From an uncultured Chloroflexia bacterium (GTDB lineage Bacteria > Chloroflexota > Anaerolineae > CG2-30-64-16), in assembly GCA_963774265.1 (NCBI GenBank), contig CAVZDU010000007.1, positions 128,001-192,000 on the forward strand: DNA of 64,000 nt, in the 5' to 3' direction. Positions 31,238 to 41,527 of the stretch are shown in pieces; the stretch's first letter is position 1; every line of letters starts with the position of its first letter. The position numbers and the translations under genes were made by a program. The notes below the pieces were generated by a model. That model did no database searches. It saw only the letters and a list, made by a program, of their open reading frames with translations, and had not been told where the DNA came from.

Positions 31238-33271
31238 CTACGTCAGTGAGAAGAATGCTTGGACATCCTCGAACCGCCGCGTCGGCCGGCCGTCGGGCAG
31301 CGCCGCGAGGATCTTCTGGCCGTACGATTTTTCGAGGATGCGTGAGTCGAGGAGCGCGATAACGCCCCGGTCGTTTTCTGTACGCACCAGCCGGCCGGCC
31401 CCTTGGCGCAGCGTCAGGATTGCATGGCTGAGTTGCAGCTCGTTGAACGGGTTGCCCTTGCGATCGAAGATAAGCTTTTCCTGCCGCTTGAGGACCGGGT
31501 CATCCTGTGGCAGGAATGGGATTTTGTCGAGGATCACCATGGAGAGCGCGTCACCGGGCACGTCGACGCCTTCCCAAAAACTGCGCGTCGCAAACAGCAC
31601 CGCCTGGCCGTCGGCCTGGAAGCGCTCGAGCAGTTCTCGGCGAGAGGTCTTGCCGTCCTGGCTGAGGCACAGGAATGACACCTGTGGCGCCACCGCTTCG
31701 TAAAGCTGCTCCGCACGACGCCGGCTGGTGCAGAGGACGAACGCGCGCCCCCGGCTGCTGAGCACCAGCCGGCGCACCTCCGAGGCCAGTCGTTGGAGGT
31801 AACGTTCCTCGCCGGGCCCCTCATACGCCGGGATCAACCCCGGTGGTGTGTAGATCAGCACATGGCCCTTGAAGTCGAACGGACTGGTGATGCGCACCAG
31901 GGAGGTCGGTCGTTTCTCTGTCCATGCGCCAATGCTCCGCTGAAACCAGGTCAGATCCGTTCCCACTGCCAGCGTGGCGCTGGTGCAGACCACCCGCGGC
32001 CAGACGTCGAACACGTCTGTCTGGAGGCGCGTCTGCACCTCCAGCGGACGATAGGTCAGCCGGAGGCCGCCGATCTCACCCCCGCGCACACCGAGACTCG
32101 TCCCGCCGGAACCAGTCAATTCGCAGATGCGAATGGCGGTCTCCGGTTCGGGGACGGATAGTGCCCGCACGGTTGACACAGCCTCCGCTGATTGTCGCAG
32201 CAGCGATTCGAACTGGCCTTCTGCTTCCTTGTCTGGCATGTAGCCGTTCAATTTCTTACCGATGATGTTCAGCACATCGAATAGCCGCAGACCTTCCTGG
32301 ATTTCCTCGCGGACAGCCCATCGCAGCGCGAAGCGGTTGGGGCGCTGCCGGCTCAGGGCAGCAAAAAAAGCCTGGTTGAACTCCGCGGCCTGCCGGCGCA
32401 GCTCGTTATCCGCGACCTCCTTGGCAATCGCGTGATTGACCAGCGATGGCAGGGTCTCGTATTCCAACGACTGCGACAGTGCGCCGATGGCGTAGCCCTG
32501 GAATTCGTGCGCTTCGTCAATCACCAGCAGCGGGCGCACGGGCAGCGCCGTGTTGTCCTGGTGCAATGCATTGAAACAGAACACCGCGTGATTGGTGATG
32601 ACCAGGTCAGCCTGTTGCGCTGCCGAACGAGCGCGCTCGAAGAAGCACGAGCGGTATTCCGGGCACTTGAATCCCTCGCACGCGTGATGATCGACAGTCA
32701 GACCTGCAGCCAGGCCGGGCGGCAGGCCCATTTCCTCCACATCTCCCGATGGCGCCCGCGCCAGTCCCTCCTGTACGCGCTCGTAATCGCCGCCGAAACC
32801 GTAGAGCTTGCGTTGTCGTGGAGTGAGACCGCGCATCCGCAGCGCGCAGAGGTAATTGGAGCGGCCCTTGAGTAACGCGACAGAGAAGGATCGTGGTGCG
32901 ATTTCGCGAAGGGCTGGCACGTCCTTGTGCCACAGCTGGGCCATCAGCGCCTTGTTTGATGTGCTGACGACCGTGGGCGTCCCGGACCAGATCGCAGGAA
33001 TGAGGTAGGCGAAGGACTTGCCGATGCCGGTGCCCGCTTCGATCAACGCGTGGCCCGGCTGCCGCAACAGGTGGGCGATATGCTCCGCCATTTGAACCTG
33101 GCCGGGACGAGGGCGATACCGGTCGCCCAGGACGCGGTGCACGGCGCCGCTGGTGGCGAAAATTGGCGCCATATCGGGACAGTCGACGGGCTGCGCAACG
33201 GCATCCTCTTCCGCCAGCTCGTCGGCGATTTCGACTTCTTCGTCGATGAAGGGATCATTGATCGGTTCCAT
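31238..33271 (-). CDS. DinG/YoaA-family ATP-dependent helicase
   Basis: EAGTGIGKS, LKGRSNYLC, Fe-S cysteines, IDEAH, SATL, FWEGVDVPG, QGAGRLVR. Confidence 0.93.
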   Translation of the reverse strand: MEPINDPFIDEEVEIADELAEEDAVAQPVDCPDMAPIFATSGAVHRVLGDRYRPRPGQVQMAEHIAHLLRQPGHALIEAGTGIGKSFAYLIPAIWSGTPTVVSTSNKALMAQLWHKDVPALREIAPRSFSVALLKGRSNYLCALRMRGLTPRQRKLYGFGGDYERVQEGLARAPSGDVEEMGLPPGLAAGLTVDHHACEGFKCPEYRSCFFERARSAAQQADLVITNHAVFCFNALHQDNTALPVRPLLVIDEAHEFQGYAIGALSQSLEYETLPSLVNHAIAKEVADNELRRQAAEFNQAFFAALSRQRPNRFALRWAVREEIQEGLRLFDVLNIIGKKLNGYMPDKEAEGQFESLLRQSAEAVSTVRALSVPEPETAIRICELTGSGGTSLGVRGGEIGGLRLTYRPLEVQTRLQTDVFDVWPRVVCTSATLAVGTDLTWFQRSIGAWTEKRPTSLVRITSPFDFKGHVLIYTPPGLIPAYEGPGEERYLQRLASEVRRLVLSSRGRAFVLCTSRRRAEQLYEAVAPQVSFLCLSQDGKTSRRELLERFQADGQAVLFATRSFWEGVDVPGDALSMVILDKIPFLPQDDPVLKRQEKLIFDRKGNPFNELQLSHAILTLRQGAGRLVRTENDRGVIALLDSRILEKSYGQKILAALPDGRPTRRFEDVQAFFSLT

Positions 33272-33279
33272 TCAGCTGC

Positions 33280-34521
33280 TCATAGGGCCTCAGCGAAGAG
33301 GCATTTCAGATAGGCTCCCTCGCGAAAGCGTATGGGATGGTCGATTGCATGCCCCGTGCGTTCGATTTCCCGCAGAGGCCTTCGGATGCCCGTCGCGGCG
33401 CGATTCACGGTGGCGAAGAACAGATCCGCTGTCACCCGGCTCGAGCAGGATGCAAGCACCACCCTGCTGCCTGGATCAGTAACCCTCAGCGCCAATTCGG
33501 TCAGCCGGGTATAGGCTTGCAGCGCATTGCTGACCTCGCTTTCGCGTTTGGCGAACGCGGGGGGGTCAACGATGACGAGGTCGAATTTTTCCCCCCGACG
33601 ACGGAGATCGGTAAGCGTTTCGAATGCATCGGCGACGATGAGCGTATGCCTGCACGCGGCCACTGCCGGATGATCTCTATTCAGAGCGAAGTTGCGGCTC
33701 GCATCGGCCAGCGCTGGCGCACTCACATCGATGCTCGTGACCGCAGGCGCCCCACCTCGCGCCGCATAGAGCGAGAAGCCGCCCGTGTAGGCGAAGATGT
33801 TGAGCGTGCGCCGGCCTCGAGCGAGCGTTTCGACGCGGCCACGATTGTCGCGCTGATCCAGGAAGAAGCCGGTTTTCTGGCCGCGCACTACATCTGCGGC
33901 GAACAGCAAGCCGTTCTCCAAGAACTCTATTGGACTTTCGGGCGCTTCGCCCACCAGGGCGAACCCGTCCTCCAAACCGAACAGATCGCCCGGATGAGCC
34001 AGTACATCGCGACTGAGACGCAGGATGATGCGCTGGGCTGGGATGACCTCGCCCAGCGCAGCGATCAGATGTCTGAGCCAGGGGATCCACGCGACGGTGT
34101 ACAGCTTGAGGACGAGCGTCCCAGAATAGCGATCAATGACCACGCCCGGCAGCCCATCGTTCTCGCCGTGAACCAGGCGGTATCCATTTGTGTTGGTCCC
34201 GGTGAGGGGCGCACGGAGGGCGGCCGCGTCGGACAGGCGGGCAATCAGCCACGCGACATCGATGGCCTCAGGTGCACCGTGCTGCAGGATGCGCACCCGC
34301 AAAGGCGAGCCGGGATCGTACAGCCCAATTGCCAGAAAGCGGCGGTGATCATCGAAGATGACAGCCAAATCGCCCGGGCGGCCGTCGCCACTGATCGCTG
34401 TGACTGCCTGGTCGAACACCCAGGGATGGCCCTGGCGCAACGCGCGCTCGGCCGCGAGCGTCACGCGGACTGCGAGCCGTTTCTCCTGGGGGATCGGCAA
34501 TTGCGAAAGGTCAACCGGCAT
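33280..34521 (-). CDS. RlmI/RlmK-like class I SAM-dependent rRNA methyltransferase
   Basis: GHPWVF PUA domain, GQKTGFFLDQR, FAYTGGFS, VDPPAFAK, YLK. Confidence 0.9.
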   Translation of the reverse strand: MPVDLSQLPIPQEKRLAVRVTLAAERALRQGHPWVFDQAVTAISGDGRPGDLAVIFDDHRRFLAIGLYDPGSPLRVRILQHGAPEAIDVAWLIARLSDAAALRAPLTGTNTNGYRLVHGENDGLPGVVIDRYSGTLVLKLYTVAWIPWLRHLIAALGEVIPAQRIILRLSRDVLAHPGDLFGLEDGFALVGEAPESPIEFLENGLLFAADVVRGQKTGFFLDQRDNRGRVETLARGRRTLNIFAYTGGFSLYAARGGAPAVTSIDVSAPALADASRNFALNRDHPAVAACRHTLIVADAFETLTDLRRRGEKFDLVIVDPPAFAKRESEVSNALQAYTRLTELALRVTDPGSRVVLASCSSRVTADLFFATVNRAATGIRRPLREIERTGHAIDHPIRFREGAYLKCLFAEAL

Positions 34522-34744
34522 TTCGAAACCGATTCATATGCCACAGTAGTATAACATCATCGCCGGGCTAGCGTATTTTCGTGTGCAATTAGACTCGGTT
34601 CCAGATTGTGTTGGTCGGTGTAGCGACAGGGGCTATTGACAAAAATGGGCCAAACGGCCATTGTGTAGTTGTGACACCGCACAAGAAAGCCGCACGGCCC
34701 ATGAACATTATAGAGCGAGGCAGGGCACACCTGCAATCCTTAGT

Positions 34745-36530
34745 TGTAATGGGATCATACGTTTGTCCTCTACATAGGGCAGAGAGGTTTGTCCGGTTGG
34801 CGCGGTGGCTTCCACGGGCAAGTCGTGATCCAGGCCTGCTGGGGGGTGTAGACCTCCAGACCGATGTCGGTGGGGACCACGGCGAGCGTTTGGCCCTTGT
34901 GGCCGATGCCGACGAAGTAGAGGCGGTTGTGAAAGGAAATCTGGCCGTTCTGGTTGACGCGGCGACTTGGCAGAGTGCAGTTCGTTGTTGGTGACGTAGG
35001 AGGGGTCTTGGGCTGCGCGGGAGTGGCTTTGGTGGGCGGTTGCGGATACAGATGCTTACAGGGTAAGGTCTTCTGCGTGCCATCAGGTAGGCTGACCGTC
35101 CAGGTATCCTGGCTGCGTTGGATGGTCAGGGTCTGACCGGTCCAGGCGATCCCGACATAGTAACGGTAGCACTGAAGCGTCAGACAGCCTGCGCGATCTA
35201 TCTTGCGGCGCACGGGCTGCGGCAGGGCTGGTGGCGGCGGTGGTACGGCTGGTTGCACGGCTTGTGCGTGGAGGTCCCAGGTACGTTGCCAGCCATCCGC
35301 CACTTGACCGACGGCCGACCAGCCAGTGACCGTCACGGTGATGGCCTGGTGCGCATAGCGCCGGCTGAACGGCAAGCTGCGGCCGGCCAGGCGGATGTGT
35401 CCGTTGGCATCTACTTGCCGGGATAGCACCAGGGACTCTTGGGTGAAGGGCACTTGCGCAGGATCGAAACCGGCCGGTACGCGGCGTGCACTCGATTGAT
35501 AGACCGTCACCGGGGGCTGATCCTGACAGCGGCTGTGACAGCGCTGCTCGTTGTAGAAGTGGCGGGCTGTTTCGACGGCCTGCGGCAGCTGCGGGTCATC
35601 GCCCGGCGGCAAGACGACTTCCTGGCGACACGTGCGCACATAGCGTTCGACGACGCCGTTCCACCAAGGCTGTTTGGGGCCCACTAACAGGTGATAGACG
35701 CCCAAGGCGCTGAGCACGCGCGTCAGGGGACTCGGTAGGCCGCTCACCCCGTCGTACCACAGCTTGTCATGATCGGTCTTGACGATTCGGGGCAGACCAT
35801 ACTGCTGGGCGACATTCAGAAAGCTGTGCACGACCAACGCCTCGCTCAAGCGTTGCGCCGTCAGCTGGCCCAACTCAAAACGGCTATGCAGATCCAGCCA
35901 ATGCAGGGTGTACCAGATACTCCCGTCCGGGAGGTGCGTTTCGTGGATGTCCGCCGCCCAGATCAGGTTGCAGGTCAGGTAGTCGATGTGCCGCGGCGGG
36001 GGGCGCTCCGACGCTGGGGCGGGCGGATCCAGTTCCGGATGGCGAGCCAGGACCCGCCGCACGCGGCCGACACTAACCCAGCGTTGGCGTTCGGGCTCGT
36101 TACGCCACTGCCAGCGCAGTTGCTTGGCAATCTGGCGTCGCCCCCAAGCCCCGTGGGCTTGTTTCAACGCACACATCGCCACCTCGATCTCGGGCGGTGT
36201 CTGTTGCGGCGAGCGCTGCGGCCGGGACGAATGATCGCACAGGCTGGTCATCCCGACCGCCGCATCATAGCGGCCCACCGTGCGGCGCACCCAACGCACC
36301 GGACGCTGCAACCTGGCCGCAATCTCACACTGACGCAGCCCACGCTGTTGCAGTTCGATGGCCAAACAGCGATCAGCGTAATCTCGAGCCGGACATCGTG
36401 GCATGGCAGCACCCCCTCGCTCCACAAAGGAAGTACTGCCAGCTTAGGCGATTTATCTGTCGTCGATCAAGGGCAAGAGGACAAACGTCTGTGCCCACTC
36501 TGTAGAGGACAAACCTCTCTGCCCACTACA
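34745..36530 (-). mobile_element. IS481-like insertion sequence (1786 bp)
   Basis: TGT..ACA ends, 30-bp TIRs matching 24/30, 7-bp TSD CCTTAGT at 34738-34744 and 36531-36537. Confidence 0.88.
34770..36404 (-). CDS. IS481-family DDE transposase (HTH + integrase core + three C-terminal beta repeats)
   Basis: WAAD, LDLHSR, KTD, NGVVER, YNEQRCHS; three RxV/IxxxG repeats. Confidence 0.88.
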   Translation of the reverse strand: MPRCPARDYADRCLAIELQQRGLRQCEIAARLQRPVRWVRRTVGRYDAAVGMTSLCDHSSRPQRSPQQTPPEIEVAMCALKQAHGAWGRRQIAKQLRWQWRNEPERQRWVSVGRVRRVLARHPELDPPAPASERPPPRHIDYLTCNLIWAADIHETHLPDGSIWYTLHWLDLHSRFELGQLTAQRLSEALVVHSFLNVAQQYGLPRIVKTDHDKLWYDGVSGLPSPLTRVLSALGVYHLLVGPKQPWWNGVVERYVRTCRQEVVLPPGDDPQLPQAVETARHFYNEQRCHSRCQDQPPVTVYQSSARRVPAGFDPAQVPFTQESLVLSRQVDANGHIRLAGRSLPFSRRYAHQAITVTVTGWSAVGQVADGWQRTWDLHAQAVQPAVPPPPPALPQPVRRKIDRAGCLTLQCYRYYVGIAWTGQTLTIQRSQDTWTVSLPDGTQKTLPCKHLYPQPPTKATPAQPKTPPTSPTTNCTLPSRRVNQNGQISFHNRLYFVGIGHKGQTLAVVPTDIGLEVYTPQQAWITTCPWKPPRQPDKPLCPM

Positions 36531-37976
36531 CCTTAGTGGCGCTGGCCAAGCGCAGCGTTTGGGACTGGAAGCGCTGTCCGACCTGTGGCGGGACGTGGAC
36601 GAGTTGCTGGGGCACGTATCCCCGTCACCCCTGGTTCCTGGATCGGGGCCGGCAGGAGGTGCGCATCCAGCGCCACAAGTGCTACGCCTGCAACAAGACG
36701 TATTCGGAGCGGTCGGCCCTGCTGGTGCGCGGTAGTTGGTATGCCCGGGACGTTCACCGTTGTGCGGTCGACCACTGGCAACACGGCGGCACCTCATTAC
36801 GGCGGACGGCGGAGTTGCTGCGCTCCTGGTTGGGGCACCAGGAACGTTGGTTGCTCTGGCGACCGCTGGATCCCGAGAGCGGCGAGCGGTGTTATTTGGC
36901 GGCCAGCACCGTGCAGCGCTGGCTGGACGGGGCCGGCAAAACGGCTCAAGCCAGCGTGGACGGGCAACTAGCGGGCATTGCCCACACGCACGCGGTGGGC
37001 ACGGACGGCTTATGGGCCAAGCTGAAAGGCAAGGCGCAGCGGGTCGTGCTGCTCATCGTGGACAGCGTTACCGGCCTGGTCTATCCGCCAGTCGTGGCCA
37101 AAGGCGAAGGGTCGGTAGGACCGTGGCAGCGGCTGTTTGAACGGGCTAAGCGGGCCGGACTGGACGTGGATGCCCTGCGCGGCGCAACGTCCGATGGCGC
37201 ACAGGGGCTGCTGGCTTACTTGCGCCGGAGCCTCGCCTGGGTCCAGCATCAGCGCTGCGTCTGGCATTTGTGGCGCAACCTGGGAGGCGAGCTCGCCAAA
37301 GCCGCCAGCGAAGCGGCGGGCGACCTGACCGGCGAAGCTGCCGAGCACATCCGCAAGCAAACCCGAGATGAGTTGGGCGGGCTGATTCACAAGATCATGG
37401 ACGCCCAGAGTTACACTGAGGCGGAAGCAGCGTTAGCCACGCTGCTGGGGCATCCGCTAGGCGCAACCCTCGGCAAGCTGCTCAATGAGCAACTCGATCG
37501 GGTACTCGTGCACCTGCTGGCTTACTACCAAGGCTTGCAGCGGGTGACACCCGAGTGGTACTGGCGAGATTTTCGCTTACGACTCAGCCGCGGCCGCAAC
37601 CACCGCTCGGATCAGCGCCTGGAGCGGGCGACCCTGGTCTGGGCGATCTACCATAACTTCGAGCCCGCTCAAGGGAGGTCTGAGCGTAAACGTCATTACC
37701 GGCATCCCGGCCAAAGTGCCCTCCAAGTCGCCGGCGTGCCACCCGGAAAAGTGAGCTACCTGGACGCTTTGGGCGTGTAAACGCCCACGGTCCCGTCGCT
37801 TGTCGCCCCTTACCGGCGGCGAGCGACGGGAGGCAAAGTCTGCGCAGCCGTCTGCCGATTATCACCTACCAACAGGCCGACTCGGTCCGCCAACATAGGA
37901 CGGAACCGAGTCTGCAATTATGCGTTGCTATCATCGTCTGCTATCGTTGTCTGAACAACATTGGAAAGGTAGGCGC

Positions 37977-39533
37977 ATGCATGCACCGCTTTACTGGCTG
38001 GCGTTAGCCGTTCTCTTCTTCCTTCCGCAGCCCAGACCTGCGGGTGACGTTGAAACCATACGGGATATCGGGCTCGTGTCGGAAGGCGTCGGGTGGCTTC
38101 AGGCGGGCAACCGATTGGTCTGGACGGCTAACGAGGGCCAGGATTGGCGCGAGCTCGGTACGGTCGAGGGAGAACTCCTGACAGCCGACTTCGTCTCGCC
38201 GCTGCTGGGGTGGGTTATCGCAATCGCACCGGGGATGACCGGAGATGACGCTCTCACGATGGCCCGCACGCGGGATGGCGGCGTGACCTGGCAGAGGGCA
38301 GCCTTATCGCTTTCTGCCTCAGATTATCCTGACCTGATCGCCTCCGGATTTGAGCTTAACTTCGCCGATGCCGACCAGGGGATTCTGCGAATCGACCACC
38401 CATCGAGCAGTAACTTCGAGCGGTGGTCGGAGTGGCGGACGATCGACGGAGGAACAACCTGGGAGCATCTGGATTCTGGCGGCCGTCACGACTTACTGGC
38501 GCATCCGCTAACGGATGATCGGACTGCAGCGGCCGAAACCCTTGCCGGCGGATATGCGTGGCGACGCTACGACGAAGGTCGGTGCGAGGATTCAGGAACT
38601 GGGCGACGCTGCCGGTCCGTGAACGGCGTCCGTGTGACCCATGATGACGGTCGCACCTGGATAGAGTTGCCTCTGCCGAAGGGCGTGGGTGGCGAGCGGC
38701 AATGGACGGTGGACCAGGCCGCTGCCGGGGCCGCCGCGACGGAGCCGAATCGAACGGCCATCGCCAGCGGCCAGGGATTCGACAAGTGTGAGATCGCGAC
38801 GTTGGAGCAGTTGCTCGATTGGCGGGCGAACAGCCCATACAGTGCGGTGAACCTGTACATCGGCGGGGTGATGGCCGTGTGCAGCAATCGGGGCTTGAAT
38901 GCGGACTACTTGCGGACGCTGAAGTCGATGGGTTGGACCTTCATTCCTACCTGGGTTGGACCGCAGTCACCCTGTTTCCCGGATGGCCGATTGATCAGTA
39001 CCAATCCTGCAGTTGCCCAGGGCCAGGGTGTGGTCGAGGCAAACGCAGCGGCCGACACCCTGGCGCGCCTGGGCCTGGCCGAGGAAGATGGCACGGGCAG
39101 CATCGTCTACTACGATATGGAGTACTACCCGTCCAGCGAATCGTGCAACGCGTCCGTGCAGGCATTCATGACCGGCTGGACGCAACAACTGCAGAGCCGT
39201 GGACACCTGTCGGGAGTCTACGGCGTCGGCTCTATGTTGCGGCTGTTGGCGAATCTCGCCCCGCCACCCAATGCAATCTGGGCCGCAAACTGGGTCTACA
39301 GCAGTTATGAGCCGAGCGCATCGGTGTGGGATGTCTACAATCTGCCCGATGGCCTGTGGGTGTATCACCAGCGACTGCGACAGTACACCGGCGGGCACAA
39401 CGAAACGTGGGGCACAACGACGCTCAACATCGACTCGAACGCACTCGACGGGCCTGTCGCTGTAATTGGACCCGCGCCACGAACGGCAACGCCGGCCGCG
39501 CGGGTCTACCTGCCGCTGATCCTGACGGATTAG
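37977..39533 (+). CDS. Secreted protein: BNR/YCF48-like repeats + DUF1906 (GH25-like) hydrolase domain
   Basis: TxDGGxTW Asp-boxes; GFDKC, NLYIGG, YYDMEYY, RLRQYTG, NIDSN; C-terminal VYLPLI. Confidence 0.82.
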   Translation: MHAPLYWLALAVLFFLPQPRPAGDVETIRDIGLVSEGVGWLQAGNRLVWTANEGQDWRELGTVEGELLTADFVSPLLGWVIAIAPGMTGDDALTMARTRDGGVTWQRAALSLSASDYPDLIASGFELNFADADQGILRIDHPSSSNFERWSEWRTIDGGTTWEHLDSGGRHDLLAHPLTDDRTAAAETLAGGYAWRRYDEGRCEDSGTGRRCRSVNGVRVTHDDGRTWIELPLPKGVGGERQWTVDQAAAGAAATEPNRTAIASGQGFDKCEIATLEQLLDWRANSPYSAVNLYIGGVMAVCSNRGLNADYLRTLKSMGWTFIPTWVGPQSPCFPDGRLISTNPAVAQGQGVVEANAAADTLARLGLAEEDGTGSIVYYDMEYYPSSESCNASVQAFMTGWTQQLQSRGHLSGVYGVGSMLRLLANLAPPPNAIWAANWVYSSYEPSASVWDVYNLPDGLWVYHQRLRQYTGGHNETWGTTTLNIDSNALDGPVAVIGPAPRTATPAARVYLPLILTD

Positions 39534-39580
39534 TCCGTCACAGAAACCTACCAGGCCCCGAGGACCTCACAGGTCTCCTG

Positions 39581-40612
39581 TTAGGGAAGCTCCATGACCC
39601 ACAGGTTACGGTCGCGACTTTCCACATAGGCGACGTAGCGGCCATCCGGTGACACACGCCAGTCGCCATTGGCGATCTTGAACGGCGTTTGGTCCGCGCT
39701 TGTGAGCGGGGCCATCTCCAGCGTTTCGGGGTCGAGCTGCCAGAGCTCGTGAAATCTGGCTTGGGGGCGAAACGGGACGATTAACAGGCGATCCTCGCCG
39801 CCGAGCGGCCGCCACTGATACGCCCCGAACGCATCGCGGGGCAGCGCCTTCGGCTTGCCGCCCCTCGTGCTCGCCAGCCAGAGGCTATTTCCGCCGTCAG
39901 CGTTGAAGGTAGTGTAGTACACCACCCAGCGGCCTGAGGCTGATAGGACCGCGCTGCGAAGCCTTTCGGCGCGCGCCAGTTCCGTGAGCCGCCCGTTAGC
40001 CAGGGCCAGCGACCACAACACCTGCTCTTTGGTCGATTTGGGATCCTGTCCGGTGACCAGGAGCGCGTCGCCCGAGATCCAGCCGTTCAGACTGCCGCGG
40101 CGCACCGATGCCACCCGTTTCGCACCGGAGCCGTCGACTGCTGCCACCCAGATCGCGGCCACCTGTCGCTCGGGCGAGAGGCTGTCGTCAGAGATGCTCC
40201 ATGCGATGCGTTTGAAGTCAGGAGAAAAGAGCACGTTTCGCCCCTGGGCCGGCACGCGCCACTTCTTGCCGTCTGACAGACGCACGAGGCTGGTCGTCGT
40301 GCCGCTGGTTTCGACCCGGTAGCCACCCACGATCCGGCTATCTTCGATGCGCTCGGAAACGAGACGGGGACCTTGCTTCGCGTCACCCACATCCACGCCA
40401 TAAATGCCGAGCTTGCCCCCGGCAGGCCGGTCGATGTAGCGCACCTGCTCCCCGTCCGGAGACCAGAAGGGCTGCGTGCAACAACCGCCGGACGTCAAGC
40501 GCACTGCAACCGGGGGCACTGCGGCCATCGGCGCGGCCGCCTTGCCGGTGGAGGCCAATCCGAAAGGCGAAAGCAGCAGAATAGAAGAGAGCAAGACTGC
40601 GAAGTGTCTCAT
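39581..40612 (-). CDS. Secreted TolB-like beta-propeller protein
   Basis: Signal peptide; WSPDG, FSPD and VSPDGRYVAY repeats. Confidence 0.8.
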   Translation of the reverse strand: MRHFAVLLSSILLLSPFGLASTGKAAAPMAAVPPVAVRLTSGGCCTQPFWSPDGEQVRYIDRPAGGKLGIYGVDVGDAKQGPRLVSERIEDSRIVGGYRVETSGTTTSLVRLSDGKKWRVPAQGRNVLFSPDFKRIAWSISDDSLSPERQVAAIWVAAVDGSGAKRVASVRRGSLNGWISGDALLVTGQDPKSTKEQVLWSLALANGRLTELARAERLRSAVLSASGRWVVYYTTFNADGGNSLWLASTRGGKPKALPRDAFGAYQWRPLGGEDRLLIVPFRPQARFHELWQLDPETLEMAPLTSADQTPFKIANGDWRVSPDGRYVAYVESRDRNLWVMELP

Positions 40613-40615
40613 GGT

Positions 40616-41347
40616 TTACCTCGTCCTCGGCCACGGATTGCGGAAGTCATTGAGCAATCTCCCGCCGGTCACCGCGGGCGGCTGGTCGTCCAACTGCTGC
40701 CATTTGCGGGGGTCGTCCAGGTCGCGTTCGAAGCCGCGACCGAAGCTGCCGACGAGCGCCAGGTTGTCCCAGTCCGCACGCATCAGCGGGATGGGATTGT
40801 ATTTCCATGAGCGGCCGGGATAATCGCGCACCTCCAGGTGCAGATGCGGCCTGCCGGAGCAGGTCTCATCCGGGTCGCCGCTAAGTGCGATCACTTCACC
40901 CTGCTTGACTCGCTGACCGGGCGCCAGCTTCGGACGCTCCAGCAAGTGGCCATAGAGCGTCGAGTATTTGAGTTCCGGGTGGTCGATGATCAGGTTATGC
41001 GGCGCGGAACCGTAAGCGCGCGCATCGACCAGGCCGACGACGCCGTCCGCCACGGCGACGATGGGCGTGCCGCAGGGAGCAGAGAGATCGATGCCGAAGT
41101 GAATTCCCTGGCTGTACCGGTAGGTCGTGGCGCGGTTGAAATATGCGCCCACCGTGTTGCCATACGTTTGGCCGAGCAGCCACGTGTCAGGGCCGGGCGG
41201 GTCGCGGAATGGCAAGATGAAGGGGCGGTCGGGCGGCTGCGAAGACTGCGCCTGTAGCGGCACAGGCGCAGCCAGGAGCAGAGAAACGAATAACCAGCCA
41301 AGAACAATGCGCCCGGGCCGGAAAAGTCGGATGTCGTATCGTGCCAT
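40616..41347 (-). CDS. M23-family metallopeptidase
   Basis: HFGID, YGHL, PHLHLEVR. Confidence 0.92.
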   Translation of the reverse strand: MARYDIRLFRPGRIVLGWLFVSLLLAAPVPLQAQSSQPPDRPFILPFRDPPGPDTWLLGQTYGNTVGAYFNRATTYRYSQGIHFGIDLSAPCGTPIVAVADGVVGLVDARAYGSAPHNLIIDHPELKYSTLYGHLLERPKLAPGQRVKQGEVIALSGDPDETCSGRPHLHLEVRDYPGRSWKYNPIPLMRADWDNLALVGSFGRGFERDLDDPRKWQQLDDQPPAVTGGRLLNDFRNPWPRTR

Positions 41348-41527
41348 GTCGATGCATCTCCCAATAGGACTTTGCGCAGAATTGGCTTGATTATAGCGGA
41401 CGGTCCGTCTTTGAACTGTAGCACACAGCACGAATGCCTGCGAAAGCGACAGGATATTGAGCGGAGCTTGTGGTAGAATAGCACGTTCGAGATGGCCGAC
41501 AAGGGGATACTCGATTGGAGCTAATCA

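Larger units (their letters stand above)
34701..37780 (+). pseudogene. Outer IS transposase, interrupted after codon 14 (34701-34744 joined to 36538-37780)
   Basis: MNIIERGRAHLQSLV joins in frame to ALAKRS..CPTC..CYAC, GTDG, TSDG, QRCVWH, TPEW once the inner IS and one TSD copy are removed. Confidence 0.85.
34592..37912 (+). mobile_element. Outer IS (IS256/ISH6-like, Mutator superfamily) carrying a nested IS481-like element
   Basis: TIRs GACTCGGTTCC..TGTTGG; 8-bp TSD TGCAATTA at 34584-34591 and 37913-37920. Confidence 0.85.

Noticed and set aside
31238-33271. CasDinG or defence-associated helicase
   Set aside because: No cas or defence genes adjacent; looks like a housekeeping DinG/YoaA
34745-36530. 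Tn7/CAST-like transposon because of TGT..ACA ends with repeated sites
   Set aside because: No TnsC/TniQ/Cas genes, single ORF, and the TSD is 7 bp rather than 5 bp
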